DNA of 22,420 nucleotides from Chthonomonadales bacterium (GTDB lineage Bacteria > Armatimonadota > Chthonomonadetes > Chthonomonadales > Chthonomonadaceae), in NCBI GenBank assembly GCA_038217285.1, contig JBBQPO010000070.1, positions 1 through 22,420 of the forward strand, written 5' to 3'. Of the stretch, positions 1-11,880 are shown one piece after another; within the stretch, counting starts at the first letter, position 1; every line of letters starts with the position of its first letter. The notes under the pieces are model-generated. The model worked only from the letters and a program-made list of their open reading frames with translations. It was not told the origin of the DNA and searched no databases. Made by a program: the position numbers and the translations under genes.

Positions 1-139
1 TATCCCGCGTTGCTCGCTAGTCTGCTCAGAAGAGGTTTCCGATGGTGTTCAAATTCAAACGGAATCGGTGTTCAAATTCAAACGGAATCAGTGTTCATTT
101 TGAAACGGAATCGCCGTTCATTTTGAACGCGATTTTGCA
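1..139. mobile_element. Terminal region of a probable IS21-family insertion sequence (body lies left of the window)
   Basis: Four adjacent 23-bp units with no spacers end in TTTTGCA, with a terminal CA at 138-139 (minus strand reads TGCAAAATCGCGTTCAAAATGAACGGCGATTCCG...). TG...CA termini with multiple subterminal repeats containing GATTCCG/TGAAC are typical of IS21-family ends. No transposase is visible in the window. Confidence 0.8.
44..135 (+). repeat. Tandem 23-bp repeat x4 (putative transposase-binding subterminal repeats)
   Basis: GGTGTTCAAATTCAAACGGAATC (44-66), identical copy (67-89), AGTGTTCATTTTGAAACGGAATC (90-112), degenerate GCCGTTCATTTTGAACGCGATTT (113-135). Confidence 0.97.
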
Positions 140-1662
140 ACCTTGGTGGCGGAGAGATGGACATTCGCGCTGGCGCTGTCGAAGATCTCGTAGTAGTACG
201 TCTGTCCGTTTGTGTAGTCAGGCACGAACGCGTCGGTGTAGGTGGTGACGGTATTGGCAAGGGTCGCGAGGGTGAGGCCGTCGCGCCGCAGGACGAAGTT
301 TCCGGTGGCCTGGCAGTCCCAGGTGAGCTTGACGGTGTAAGGAGCGAGCAGGTCCGTGACGTGCAGATTGCCCGGTGTCAGGGTCAAAGGCGCGGTAAAG
401 GTGATCCCCGCGAAGCCTGCGGTGAAGGTGAGGGTGACGGGATAGTTGACGGTGCTGGTGGCGATGGGGAAGGTGGCGCTGCTCTGTCCGGCGGGGATGG
501 TGACCATTGCCGCAAAGGAGGCGGCCTGGGCGCGGGAGCAGGTGACGGCCACCGTGATGCCGCCTGCCGGAGCGGGGCCATCCAGTCCAAGGGTGCCGGT
601 GACCGCCCCACCCTGCGACGTCGCGCTGGGGCTGATGGAGAAGCTGCTGAGGTCGGGCGGATAGACGTTGAGTGTGGCCGTTTTGGTGAGGCCATTGACC
701 GTGGCGGAGAGGGTGACGGCGGTCTGGGCAGCGACGGCGGTAGTCGAGACGGAGAATGTCGTGGTGGTCTGCCCCGTAGCAACGCTGACACTGGCCGCAA
801 CGGTGGCGACGACGGCATTGCCGCTGGAAAGGCTGACGGAAAGACCGCTCGGTCCTGCAGGGCTGGTGAGGGTGAGCGTGCCAGTGGAACTGCTGCCGCC
901 GATGACCCCGGCTGGCACGAGCACGAGGCTGCTGAGGGCAGGCACCGGGTTGACGGTGAGCGTGGTGGTCCGCGTCACTCCGTTGTAAGCGGCGGAGAGG
1001 ATGACACTGGTGGAGGCGGTGACGACGCTGGTGCTGACGGTGAAAGTCGCGGTGGTCTGGCCCTGCGCCACAGTGACACTGGCGGGGAGGGTCGCAGCCC
1101 CGGTACTTCCGCTCGTGAGGGTGACGACGATGCCTCCGGCAGGTGCCGCCTGACTGAGGGTCACGGTGCCCGTCGAGGCATTGCCTCCGATGACCGGGCT
1201 GGGAGCGACAGAGACGGACGCCAACTGAAGCGTCCCTGCGACGACATCGAAGGCGGCGGAGGCGACACTCATGCTGTAGAAGCGCACCGCATAGCCCGCA
1301 GCCACCGTGGCCGTGCCGGGCGCGCCGACGGTAAACTGCAGGGTGGAACTGTTATAGCTTGCGCTCCATCCGTTGGGGCTGTTGGCGGTGGCGACAGTGC
1401 TTCCGGCGAGGACGATGTCCCAGGGATAGGCGGAAGGAGAAGTCGTACCGGTTTTGGCGAAGGTGGCGCTACCTCCCGCTGCGACGGTGGGGTTGGCCTG
1501 CGCTCGCGCTGCAGTCGGAAGCGTCAACCAGGCAAAGAGCAGGAGGAGGAAGGCGAGGCAGGGACCGAACCGGCGCGTAGAAGCCTTTTCGGCAAGCAAG
1601 ACCGGGGAGGCGGGCAGAGAGCGAACGTCGCCATTCTCTGCCGGTGTGATAACAGCCCACAT
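118..1662 (-). pseudogene. Secreted/surface protein with three ~95-aa Ig-like beta-sandwich repeats and an FN3-like domain, 3'-truncated by the IS
   Basis: Probable start is ATG at 1662, with GGAGG 8 nt upstream (the track starts at TTG 1677). Signal peptide RRFGPCLAFLLLLFAWLTLPTAARA|Q. Three Thr/Ser/Val/Ala-rich repeats (LxSxxxxPxxxxxGxxxTGTxxLxxxAxxxGxxVxxxxxxxxxAxxxAxVxxxxGQxxxTFxxxT) begin near 1224, 936 and 651. An FN3-like segment follows (VKLTWD...VLRRDG...TTYTD...GQTYYYEI). The final codons (AKSRSK*) come from IS sequence. Confidence 0.8.
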
Positions 1663-1760
1663 AGAGAGTTCCTCCAACGTGTTCGGCGCCCACCGAGAAT
1701 GGCGTCTGAATATTGCGCGAGTGAAGATACCTCTGCGCCTTGGTTCAAATCAATAGTGCC

Positions 1761-1789
1761 ATTATACGCATTTGTTTAGCGTATGTAAA
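1761..1789 (-). promoter_or_regulatory. sigma70-type promoter for the Ig-repeat gene with overlapping dyads
   Basis: Minus strand TTTACA (1789-1784) - 17 nt - TATAAT (1766-1761). The dyad ATACGC-N9-GCGTAT (1764-1784) spans the spacer. Confidence 0.75.
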
Positions 1790-2112
1790 GCACAAATAAA
1801 CAAATTATTGCGCTTAGTTGCTTCAATCCTTTGCAATGGGATTACATTTAGGAGTTTTCGTGCCGTTATACCCGTCTTAGCACAAGCCCAAGGGCACTTT
1901 GACTTCGCACATGCACGGACAAATATAGAGGACATGGTGCGCCGACTAAATCACAATTATGGAACAAAAATATTGCGATCAAGGGCATCCTTGAACCAGA
2001 AAAGGCCGTTCGTATGTCGGGAGACGCTCATAGACAGACGGCGACCGGCTGGGCCACCGTTTCCGCTGCAATACGCTTACCGGAAAGAACGGTAACTCTT
2101 GCTGCCAACGAC

Positions 2113-2142
2113 TTGACGAGAACCTTCCGCTTGTGCTACCCT
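2113..2142 (+). promoter_or_regulatory. Putative sigma70 promoter of the gltB operon
   Basis: TTGACG (2113-2118) - 18 nt - TACCCT (2137-2142), with an extended -10 TG at 2134-2135. Predicts a TSS near 2149. Confidence 0.55.
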
Positions 2143-2148
2143 GTATGC

Positions 2149-2325
2149 CCGATTCACAGCGTGGTGAAAGGAGCAGCCGTGTTGGAAACGTGAATTCCGA
2201 TCTTCCTGTCTTTTTGCACTGACCGGTAACAAGAGCCGTGTTCCGTTTCCCCGGCGCCGAGTTGTATTATGACGTCGCGTACGAGCCAAAACCGCCGCGC
2301 GACGCCCCTGGGGAGAAGCCATACC
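2149..2325 (+). promoter_or_regulatory. Structured 5' leader of gltB with mini-uORF (candidate attenuator)
   Basis: SD AAAGGAG (2167-2173) precedes GTG TTG GAA ACG TGA (2179-2193). TTTCCCCGG (2246-2254) is complementary to the gltB RBS region CTGGGGAGA (2308-2316). An alternative pairing of 2184-2194 with 2241-2250 is possible. Confidence 0.35.
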
Positions 2326-6876
<4,551 letters not shown>

Positions 6877-6897
6877 TCTGGGCTCGGAAATGGAAGT

Positions 6898-7590
6898 ATG
6901 AAGCAGTTCAAACGTGGTTATCGGCGTTGTAACGACTGCCATACCGAAATGATCTTGGAGACGGCGGAAGCCGCTCAGAGGGACGGACGAATGGAACCCC
7001 ATCTCGTCTGTTCGAACTGCGGCTTCACCGCGCCATGGGCGGAGATCGCGGACAAAATATGCTTTTGCGGGGCGGATCCGGTGCAGCGCGAGTTCGCCCT
7101 CTCCGCGCCGGAGAAGGGGCTTCGGCTCTATGTGACGGAACTGTCCAAAATACAGCTATTTCACAACGACGGCCGTGGCCTGGAAGCGAGAGAGGCCTGC
7201 ACCGCGTGTACGCTCTGCTTTGTCTGTAAACTTCCTGTGGTTACGCAGGAGTGCGCCTGGGACGAGATTCCTCTCGAAGGTTTGGCGACGCATATCGGCC
7301 TTACCCACCAGTATGTCTATCTACATCCGGAGTGCGGTCCCACCTACGCAGAGTGGAATACGGCGTACATGGAGCGCATCCACCAGCAGGAGTCGGAACG
7401 TGACAGGGCGGCGGCGCACCGCGAGTACTGTGTCGGCAACGCTCTCTGCCTGGAGTGCGAAAAACCGTTGTCCCTCCTGGACCGGTTCGCCGGGCGTCTG
7501 CGTCACTCGACGTGTCCGATGAAGCTTCGCCCGGACGACCCGGCGCTGAAGGCAAAGCGCGCGAAGAAGGCTGCAAAGCGCAAACGATAG
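6898..7590 (+). CDS. Hypothetical Cys/His-rich protein, probably four zinc fingers, with a basic C-terminal tail
   Basis: 230 aa, 21 bp after gltB and 38 bp before gltD on the same strand. 16 Cys arranged as CxxC..CxxC, CxC..CxxCxxCxxC..HxxC and CxxC..HxxC. Ends KAKRAKKAAKRKR. No signal peptide. Confidence 0.85.
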   Translation: MKQFKRGYRRCNDCHTEMILETAEAAQRDGRMEPHLVCSNCGFTAPWAEIADKICFCGADPVQREFALSAPEKGLRLYVTELSKIQLFHNDGRGLEAREACTACTLCFVCKLPVVTQECAWDEIPLEGLATHIGLTHQYVYLHPECGPTYAEWNTAYMERIHQQESERDRAAAHREYCVGNALCLECEKPLSLLDRFAGRLRHSTCPMKLRPDDPALKAKRAKKAAKRKR

Positions 7591-7628
7591 CCGTGCAGGC
7601 ATCGTGTATTCGAATAAAGGAAGAGGAT

Positions 7629-9095
7629 ATGGCTGATCCGAAAGGATTTTTGAAATACGGACGGGAACTGCCGGCGCGCCGCTCTGTGGAAGAGCGCAGC
7701 GGCGACTGGGTCGAGGTCTACCTCGATTTTCCAGATGAGAAGCTGAAACGGCAGGCGGCGCGATGCATGGATTGCGGCATCCCCTTCTGTCACAACGGCT
7801 GCCCGCTGGGCAACATCATTCCGGACTGGAACGATCTCACCTATCGTGGTCGCTGGAGAGAGGCCCTCACCGAACTGCACGCCACCAACAACTTCCCTGA
7901 GTTCACCGGGAAGCTCTGTCCGGCGCCGTGCGAATCGGCTTGTGTGCTGGGGATCAATCAGGATGCGGTCGCGATTCGCCGCATCGAGGAGAGTCTGGCC
8001 ATGCGCGGCTGGAGCGAGGGCTGGATCGCGCCTGAACCGCCGGACGCCCGCACTGGGAAAACCGTCGCCATCGTCGGTTCCGGTCCGGCCGGACTGGCTG
8101 CGGCCCAGCAGTTGAATCGTGCAGGGCATACCGTCACGGTCTTCGAGCGGGCCGACAAGGCGGGCGGACTGCTCCGCTACGGTATACCCGACTTCAAGAT
8201 GGAGAAATGGGTTCTGGATCGTCGTATCCGCCAGATGGAGGCCGAAGGCGTCGTTTTTCGGACCAATACGAACGTAGGCGTGGACATCTCGGCGGCAGAG
8301 CTTCAGGCGCAGTTCGACGTCACCGTCCTGGCGGGCGGATCGACGAAGTCGCGCGATATCCCAGTTCCAGGGCGCGAACTGGAAGGGGTCTACTTCGCCA
8401 TGGAGTTCCTTCCGCAGCAGAACAAAAAAGTCTCCGGTGTCTGGTCGGAGGAGCATCTCCAACTGACGGCCGAGGGCAAGAAGGTTGTGATCCTGGGCGG
8501 CGGCGACACCGGGGCGGACTGTCTGGGAACCGTTCACCGCCAAGGCGCGACCGAAGTCTATCAGTTTGAGATCATGCCGAAGCCTCCCGCCGAGCGCGAT
8601 GAAACGATGCCCTGGCCCTTCTACCCGATGATCCTGCGCACTTCCGCCGCGCACGAGGAGGGCGGTAAGCGCGACTGGAGCATCAGCACGAAATCGTTTT
8701 CGGGCGAAGACGGCAAACTGAAGAAACTGCACGGCATCCGGGTCGAATGGTCCGCGCCCGACGCGACCGGACGCCGCAAAATGGAAGAAGTTCCCGGCTC
8801 CGAGTTCGAGATCGAGTGCGATCTCGTCCTGCTCGCGCTCGGATTCCTGCACCCGCAGCAGGAAGGACTCCTTACGGACCTCGACGTGGAACTGGATGCA
8901 CGCGGCAATGTTAAATCCGACAGCCATTACGCCAGCAACAAACCTGGCGTCTTCGCCTGCGGCGACATGCGGCGCGGCCAGTCACTCATCGTCTGGGCCA
9001 TCGCCGAAGGTCGCGAAGCGGCCAGCAACGTAGACCGCTATCTCATGGGCGAATCCCAACTCCCCCTGACCCGCGGCTCCCTCCTCACCGTCTGA
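7629..9095 (+). CDS. gltD: Glutamate synthase small subunit
   Basis: Start MADPKGFL at ATG 7629 with AAGGAAGAGG upstream (the track's longer ORF overlaps the previous gene). [59 protein letters not shown] (FAD), GGGDTGADC (NAD(P)H), [18 protein letters not shown]. Confidence 0.99.
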   Translation: MADPKGFLKYGRELPARRSVEERSGDWVEVYLDFPDEKLKRQAARCMDCGIPFCHNGCPLGNIIPDWNDLTYRGRWREALTELHATNNFPEFTGKLCPAPCESACVLGINQDAVAIRRIEESLAMRGWSEGWIAPEPPDARTGKTVAIVGSGPAGLAAAQQLNRAGHTVTVFERADKAGGLLRYGIPDFKMEKWVLDRRIRQMEAEGVVFRTNTNVGVDISAAELQAQFDVTVLAGGSTKSRDIPVPGRELEGVYFAMEFLPQQNKKVSGVWSEEHLQLTAEGKKVVILGGGDTGADCLGTVHRQGATEVYQFEIMPKPPAERDETMPWPFYPMILRTSAAHEEGGKRDWSISTKSFSGEDGKLKKLHGIRVEWSAPDATGRRKMEEVPGSEFEIECDLVLLALGFLHPQQEGLLTDLDVELDARGNVKSDSHYASNKPGVFACGDMRRGQSLIVWAIAEGREAASNVDRYLMGESQLPLTRGSLLTV

Positions 9096-9113
9096 CGGGG
9101 ACAGTCGTAATCA

Positions 9114-9572
9114 TCACGGAGTCTGGCCGTTGCGGATGACTTCATAGACGGTGAAGTTGAGCACGGTTGTGCTGCCGATTTGATGGGGAGAGCTGGGTTT
9201 GGAGTTGACCAGCATCACCACTCTGTCGCCAGCGGCCAGCCTCTGGGCCGTGACCGGAGTACCGTCGGTGGCCTGGAACCGGGCGCGGGAGAGATCGACG
9301 AGGTAGGATTTGCCTAGGAGGATGGCCTGCGAATGTATACCAGGCCCGTGGCTCATTCCTGGTCCGTAGTTCGCTGTTTTGACAGTGGCCAGGGATCCGC
9401 TGACGGCCGAAACTTCGCCTTCTAGCAGGAAGTAAGGTGTCAGTGTCTGGATGCGCCCCGGCACCGGGCGCCCGCGTTGTGCGTTGCTGTAGTAAGGCGC
9501 ACCGATCACTGCCGCTGCACCAGCCACGGCAAGAATGCCCAGTCCTAAATTTCCCCTCTGGATTCGCTTCAT
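9114..9572 (-). CDS. Small exported/membrane-anchored hypothetical protein, DUF5666/OB-fold-like
   Basis: 152 aa. Basic N-terminus plus a hydrophobic segment (LGLGILAVAGAAAVIGA). The pattern LEGEVSAVSGSLATV...YLVDLSRARF...LAAGDRVVM resembles DUF5666-like OB folds. Purine-rich RBS AAAGGGAATGGGAAG. Confidence 0.7.
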   Translation of the reverse strand: MKRIQRGNLGLGILAVAGAAAVIGAPYYSNAQRGRPVPGRIQTLTPYFLLEGEVSAVSGSLATVKTANYGPGMSHGPGIHSQAILLGKSYLVDLSRARFQATDGTPVTAQRLAAGDRVVMLVNSKPSSPHQIGSTTVLNFTVYEVIRNGQTP

Positions 9573-9585
9573 GTTCTTCCCATTC

Positions 9586-9621
9586 CCTTTCAGACAACGC
9601 CGTTGTGCGGTGTCTGAAAGG
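9586..9621. terminator. 11-bp inverted repeat (terminator, processing hairpin or operator)
   Basis: CCTTTCAGACA (9586-9596) - 14 nt - TGTCTGAAAGG (9611-9621), 44 bp past the PPC gene stop. No clear U-tract. Confidence 0.45.
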
Positions 9622-9665
9622 TTAGACGGGTTGAAGGGCAGTATAGTTTCCGGAGTGCAGCGGGC

Positions 9666-11852
9666 TTACTTTTTTGCCGGAGCGGGAGGCGCGGTTACGG
9701 TCAGAGAGACGGGGGCGGCCACGTACCAGACCTTCATCACGAAGTTGACGCTGACGTTCGCCATGACCGCTAGAGGATAGTTCTGGATAGGGTGGGCATC
9801 GCCTGCTGCCTTGAGTGTGATGGTCCCTTTCGTCTGGCCTTCGGGGATAGTGACGCCGTCGTCGCAGGTGACGCCGGGCGGGAGCGGGTTGGTGAAGATA
9901 CCGCCGAGGTGGTTGATTTTCAGGTCGAGCGTGACGGCCTTCGTGAAGTCTGGACGGCGTTTGATCGTCACTTCAATTTTTGCCGTGCCACCCGGTGCGA
10001 GGGTGATCTGCGAACTGCCGGTCGAGACCTCGATGTCGTTGGGCTCCGTAATGGCGACGCCCTGCGTCAACACTTCCATCTGCCCGCGCCCTCCGCCGGG
10101 CATATAGATCTCTTCCAGCGGATGCGCGGTATGGGTAACCGCGACCGGCTTGCCATCTGCGCCGGCGAGCATGGCCGTCCCGGTGATCGCGACATTGGCA
10201 ACATCGATCTTCGCGTCTGGCGCGGCGGAGAGGATGATGGGTCCCTGCGTCATATCGGCGGGAATGGTCAGCGGTGTCGCCGTGACACCGGGCGGAAGGC
10301 CCTTGACCTCGATCTTTATCTCGGTCGGCGTGCCGTTTTTCCGCTCTGCGATGACAAACCAGGCGGTGCGGTTGCCTGGCGCGATCATGGCGCGATCCAC
10401 ATCACATTTCAGGCGGAAGTCGGGATGTATCGGCAGGGCGGAGAGATTGTAGAAGTAGGTCGGACCCCCGTGTCCCGCCAGATCGCGCACCTCGATCGTG
10501 TAGTCCCCTTCCGCAGAGGGCGTCCATTCAAGGCGCGAATCTTTGCCGATCGCATCGTCGTTCTCGGCCAGCAGATTGCCCTTCGAATCTCGGATCTTGA
10601 TCTCGGAGTCTATTTCGGAATCCAGACGCCGCGCCGTCACCTCGAATGCCCAGGAGAGGCCCTTAGCGGCGTGAAAGCGAAAGCGGTCGATGTGTCCCTC
10701 TTCGACCCAGGAGTTCACGCCGCCGGGCAGCGACAGGTTCCCTTTGGGGACAGGAGCGGTCGGCGTCGCCACAGACGCCGTTACAGGCTTGGGAGACGCA
10801 GAAGTGACGGCGGGAGTCGGAACGAAAGCGGCCTGGGGGGCATCGACGACGACCATGGCGACGACGTTCGAGGTTCCGTTCGGCATCTTAAGCGAGGCGG
10901 TCCACTCGCCGGGCGGCGTCCCGGCAGGCACGTCCAGTTTCACGGTATTCGCGCCGCCGAGGCTGAAACCGGCGACATGCAACTCGTTGGACTGGCCCGG
11001 ACGCACGGCGCATGGCACTACCGAGGTGACGAACGGCCGCCCGGTGATGTTGAGCCGATAGACCCAGCTTGCATTGCCCTGATAACCCACATCGCGCAAC
11101 TGGATATTGTACTCGCCTGCCTTTTCGAAGCGATAGTGCAGCAGAGGATCGGCACGGTAGTAGTCGTCGTTGCGGGCCAACTCATGCCCGGTCGCATCCC
11201 GCAGAGTCAACATCGGGTCGGCATGCGGCGCGAGGTCGTGAATCTTATCTTCCAGGCGCGCGCACTGTACCGCGAACGTCACCTCTTGCCCAGCCGTGAC
11301 CTTGAACTTATAATAGTCTACGTCCTCCGCCTGCTGGAGCCGCCCGTTGACGACGGATCCAATGGAGACGGCCTGGGCATGTTCGAGATCGTTGTTCGGC
11401 TCAACCTCATTGACCTCCGGTTCGTCCCCAATCACCAGTAGGCCGACCGTCGAGATACCGTGGTGCGCTGTCGCAACACGAAACTCGCGCACTCCGAGCG
11501 GAGCATCGGCGGCGGCGGTCACACGCAGAGTCACCGACGGGACGGAGGGCACCGCAAAGGGCGTTTTCGGGTCGCGCGCGGGCCAGCCCTTCTCCGGTGG
11601 CACGATCTCCGCCTTGATCCCAGGGCCCTCGAACACGGCCTTGTAGGCTCCATACAGGTTGTTGCCGCCCCCGCCGTTCACTACGCCCGCCGTCACTGTG
11701 ACATCCGTCGTCTTGCCCCGCTGAACGCCCGTCGGATAGGTAGAGATGATCATCGGGAACGTCGTCTGCCCGACCGCATGTCGTGGGACCGACAGGCAGC
11801 CTGCACAGACGAGCAGCGCCAGACACGCTCGGAAAGGTTTCAACACGCTCAT
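9666..11852 (-). CDS. Exported planctomycete-type PPC (pre-peptidase C-terminal)/Ig-like multidomain protein
   Basis: 728 aa with a signal peptide. YPTGVQRGKTTDVTV, EVEPNNDLEHAQ, EDVDYYKF, two PPC-like units (ARNDDYYRADPLL..GEYNIQLRD; AENDDAIGKDSRL..GDYTIEVRDLAGHGG) and C-terminal GLPPGVT Ig-like domains. No protease catalytic domain recognised. RBS GGGAGA. Confidence 0.88.
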   Translation of the reverse strand: MSVLKPFRACLALLVCAGCLSVPRHAVGQTTFPMIISTYPTGVQRGKTTDVTVTAGVVNGGGGNNLYGAYKAVFEGPGIKAEIVPPEKGWPARDPKTPFAVPSVPSVTLRVTAAADAPLGVREFRVATAHHGISTVGLLVIGDEPEVNEVEPNNDLEHAQAVSIGSVVNGRLQQAEDVDYYKFKVTAGQEVTFAVQCARLEDKIHDLAPHADPMLTLRDATGHELARNDDYYRADPLLHYRFEKAGEYNIQLRDVGYQGNASWVYRLNITGRPFVTSVVPCAVRPGQSNELHVAGFSLGGANTVKLDVPAGTPPGEWTASLKMPNGTSNVVAMVVVDAPQAAFVPTPAVTSASPKPVTASVATPTAPVPKGNLSLPGGVNSWVEEGHIDRFRFHAAKGLSWAFEVTARRLDSEIDSEIKIRDSKGNLLAENDDAIGKDSRLEWTPSAEGDYTIEVRDLAGHGGPTYFYNLSALPIHPDFRLKCDVDRAMIAPGNRTAWFVIAERKNGTPTEIKIEVKGLPPGVTATPLTIPADMTQGPIILSAAPDAKIDVANVAITGTAMLAGADGKPVAVTHTAHPLEEIYMPGGGRGQMEVLTQGVAITEPNDIEVSTGSSQITLAPGGTAKIEVTIKRRPDFTKAVTLDLKINHLGGIFTNPLPPGVTCDDGVTIPEGQTKGTITLKAAGDAHPIQNYPLAVMANVSVNFVMKVWYVAAPVSLTVTAPPAPAKK

Positions 11853-11880
11853 GAAAATTCTCCCATAGCAACGACGTCGT

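Noticed and set aside
44-135. 23-bp repeats as a CRISPR array or plasmid iterons
   Set aside because: The units are directly adjacent with no spacers, no cas or rep gene is visible, and the array ends in CA at a gene-disrupting junction, which fits an IS21 end.
157-1779. 540-aa plus-strand ORF
   Set aside because: Gly/Asp/Arg-rich antisense shadow of the Ig-repeat gene.
1825-1843. Imperfect palindrome AATCCTTTGCAATGGGATT
   Set aside because: Asymmetric and plausible by chance in AT-rich DNA.
1772-2095. 107-aa ORF (or 53 aa from the ATG at 1934) in the intergenic region
   Set aside because: It overlaps promoter elements, has AT-rich atypical codons and a poorly spaced RBS, and shows no recognisable motif. 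It is not fully excluded.
2145-2222. 25-codon ORF MPDSQRGE..LH upstream of gltB
   Set aside because: The ATG lies only 2 nt after the predicted -10, upstream of the expected TSS, and has no SD.
2030-2320. Known glutamine (glnA/downstream-peptide) riboswitch
   Set aside because: I could not find the conserved CGUU..GGAAGUA..GAAG..AACG arrangement by eye. An Rfam scan is needed to be certain.
6928-6942. CNDCH as a c-type heme site, and CxxCxxCxxC further on as a ferredoxin motif
   Set aside because: There is no export signal, the CxxC pairs with a second CxxC, and the spacing differs from CxxCxxCxxxCP. Zinc binding is more parsimonious.
7455-7628. 58-codon N-terminal extension of gltD in the ORF track
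   Set aside because: It overlaps the zinc-finger gene. The canonical start MADPKGF with an RBS is at 7629.
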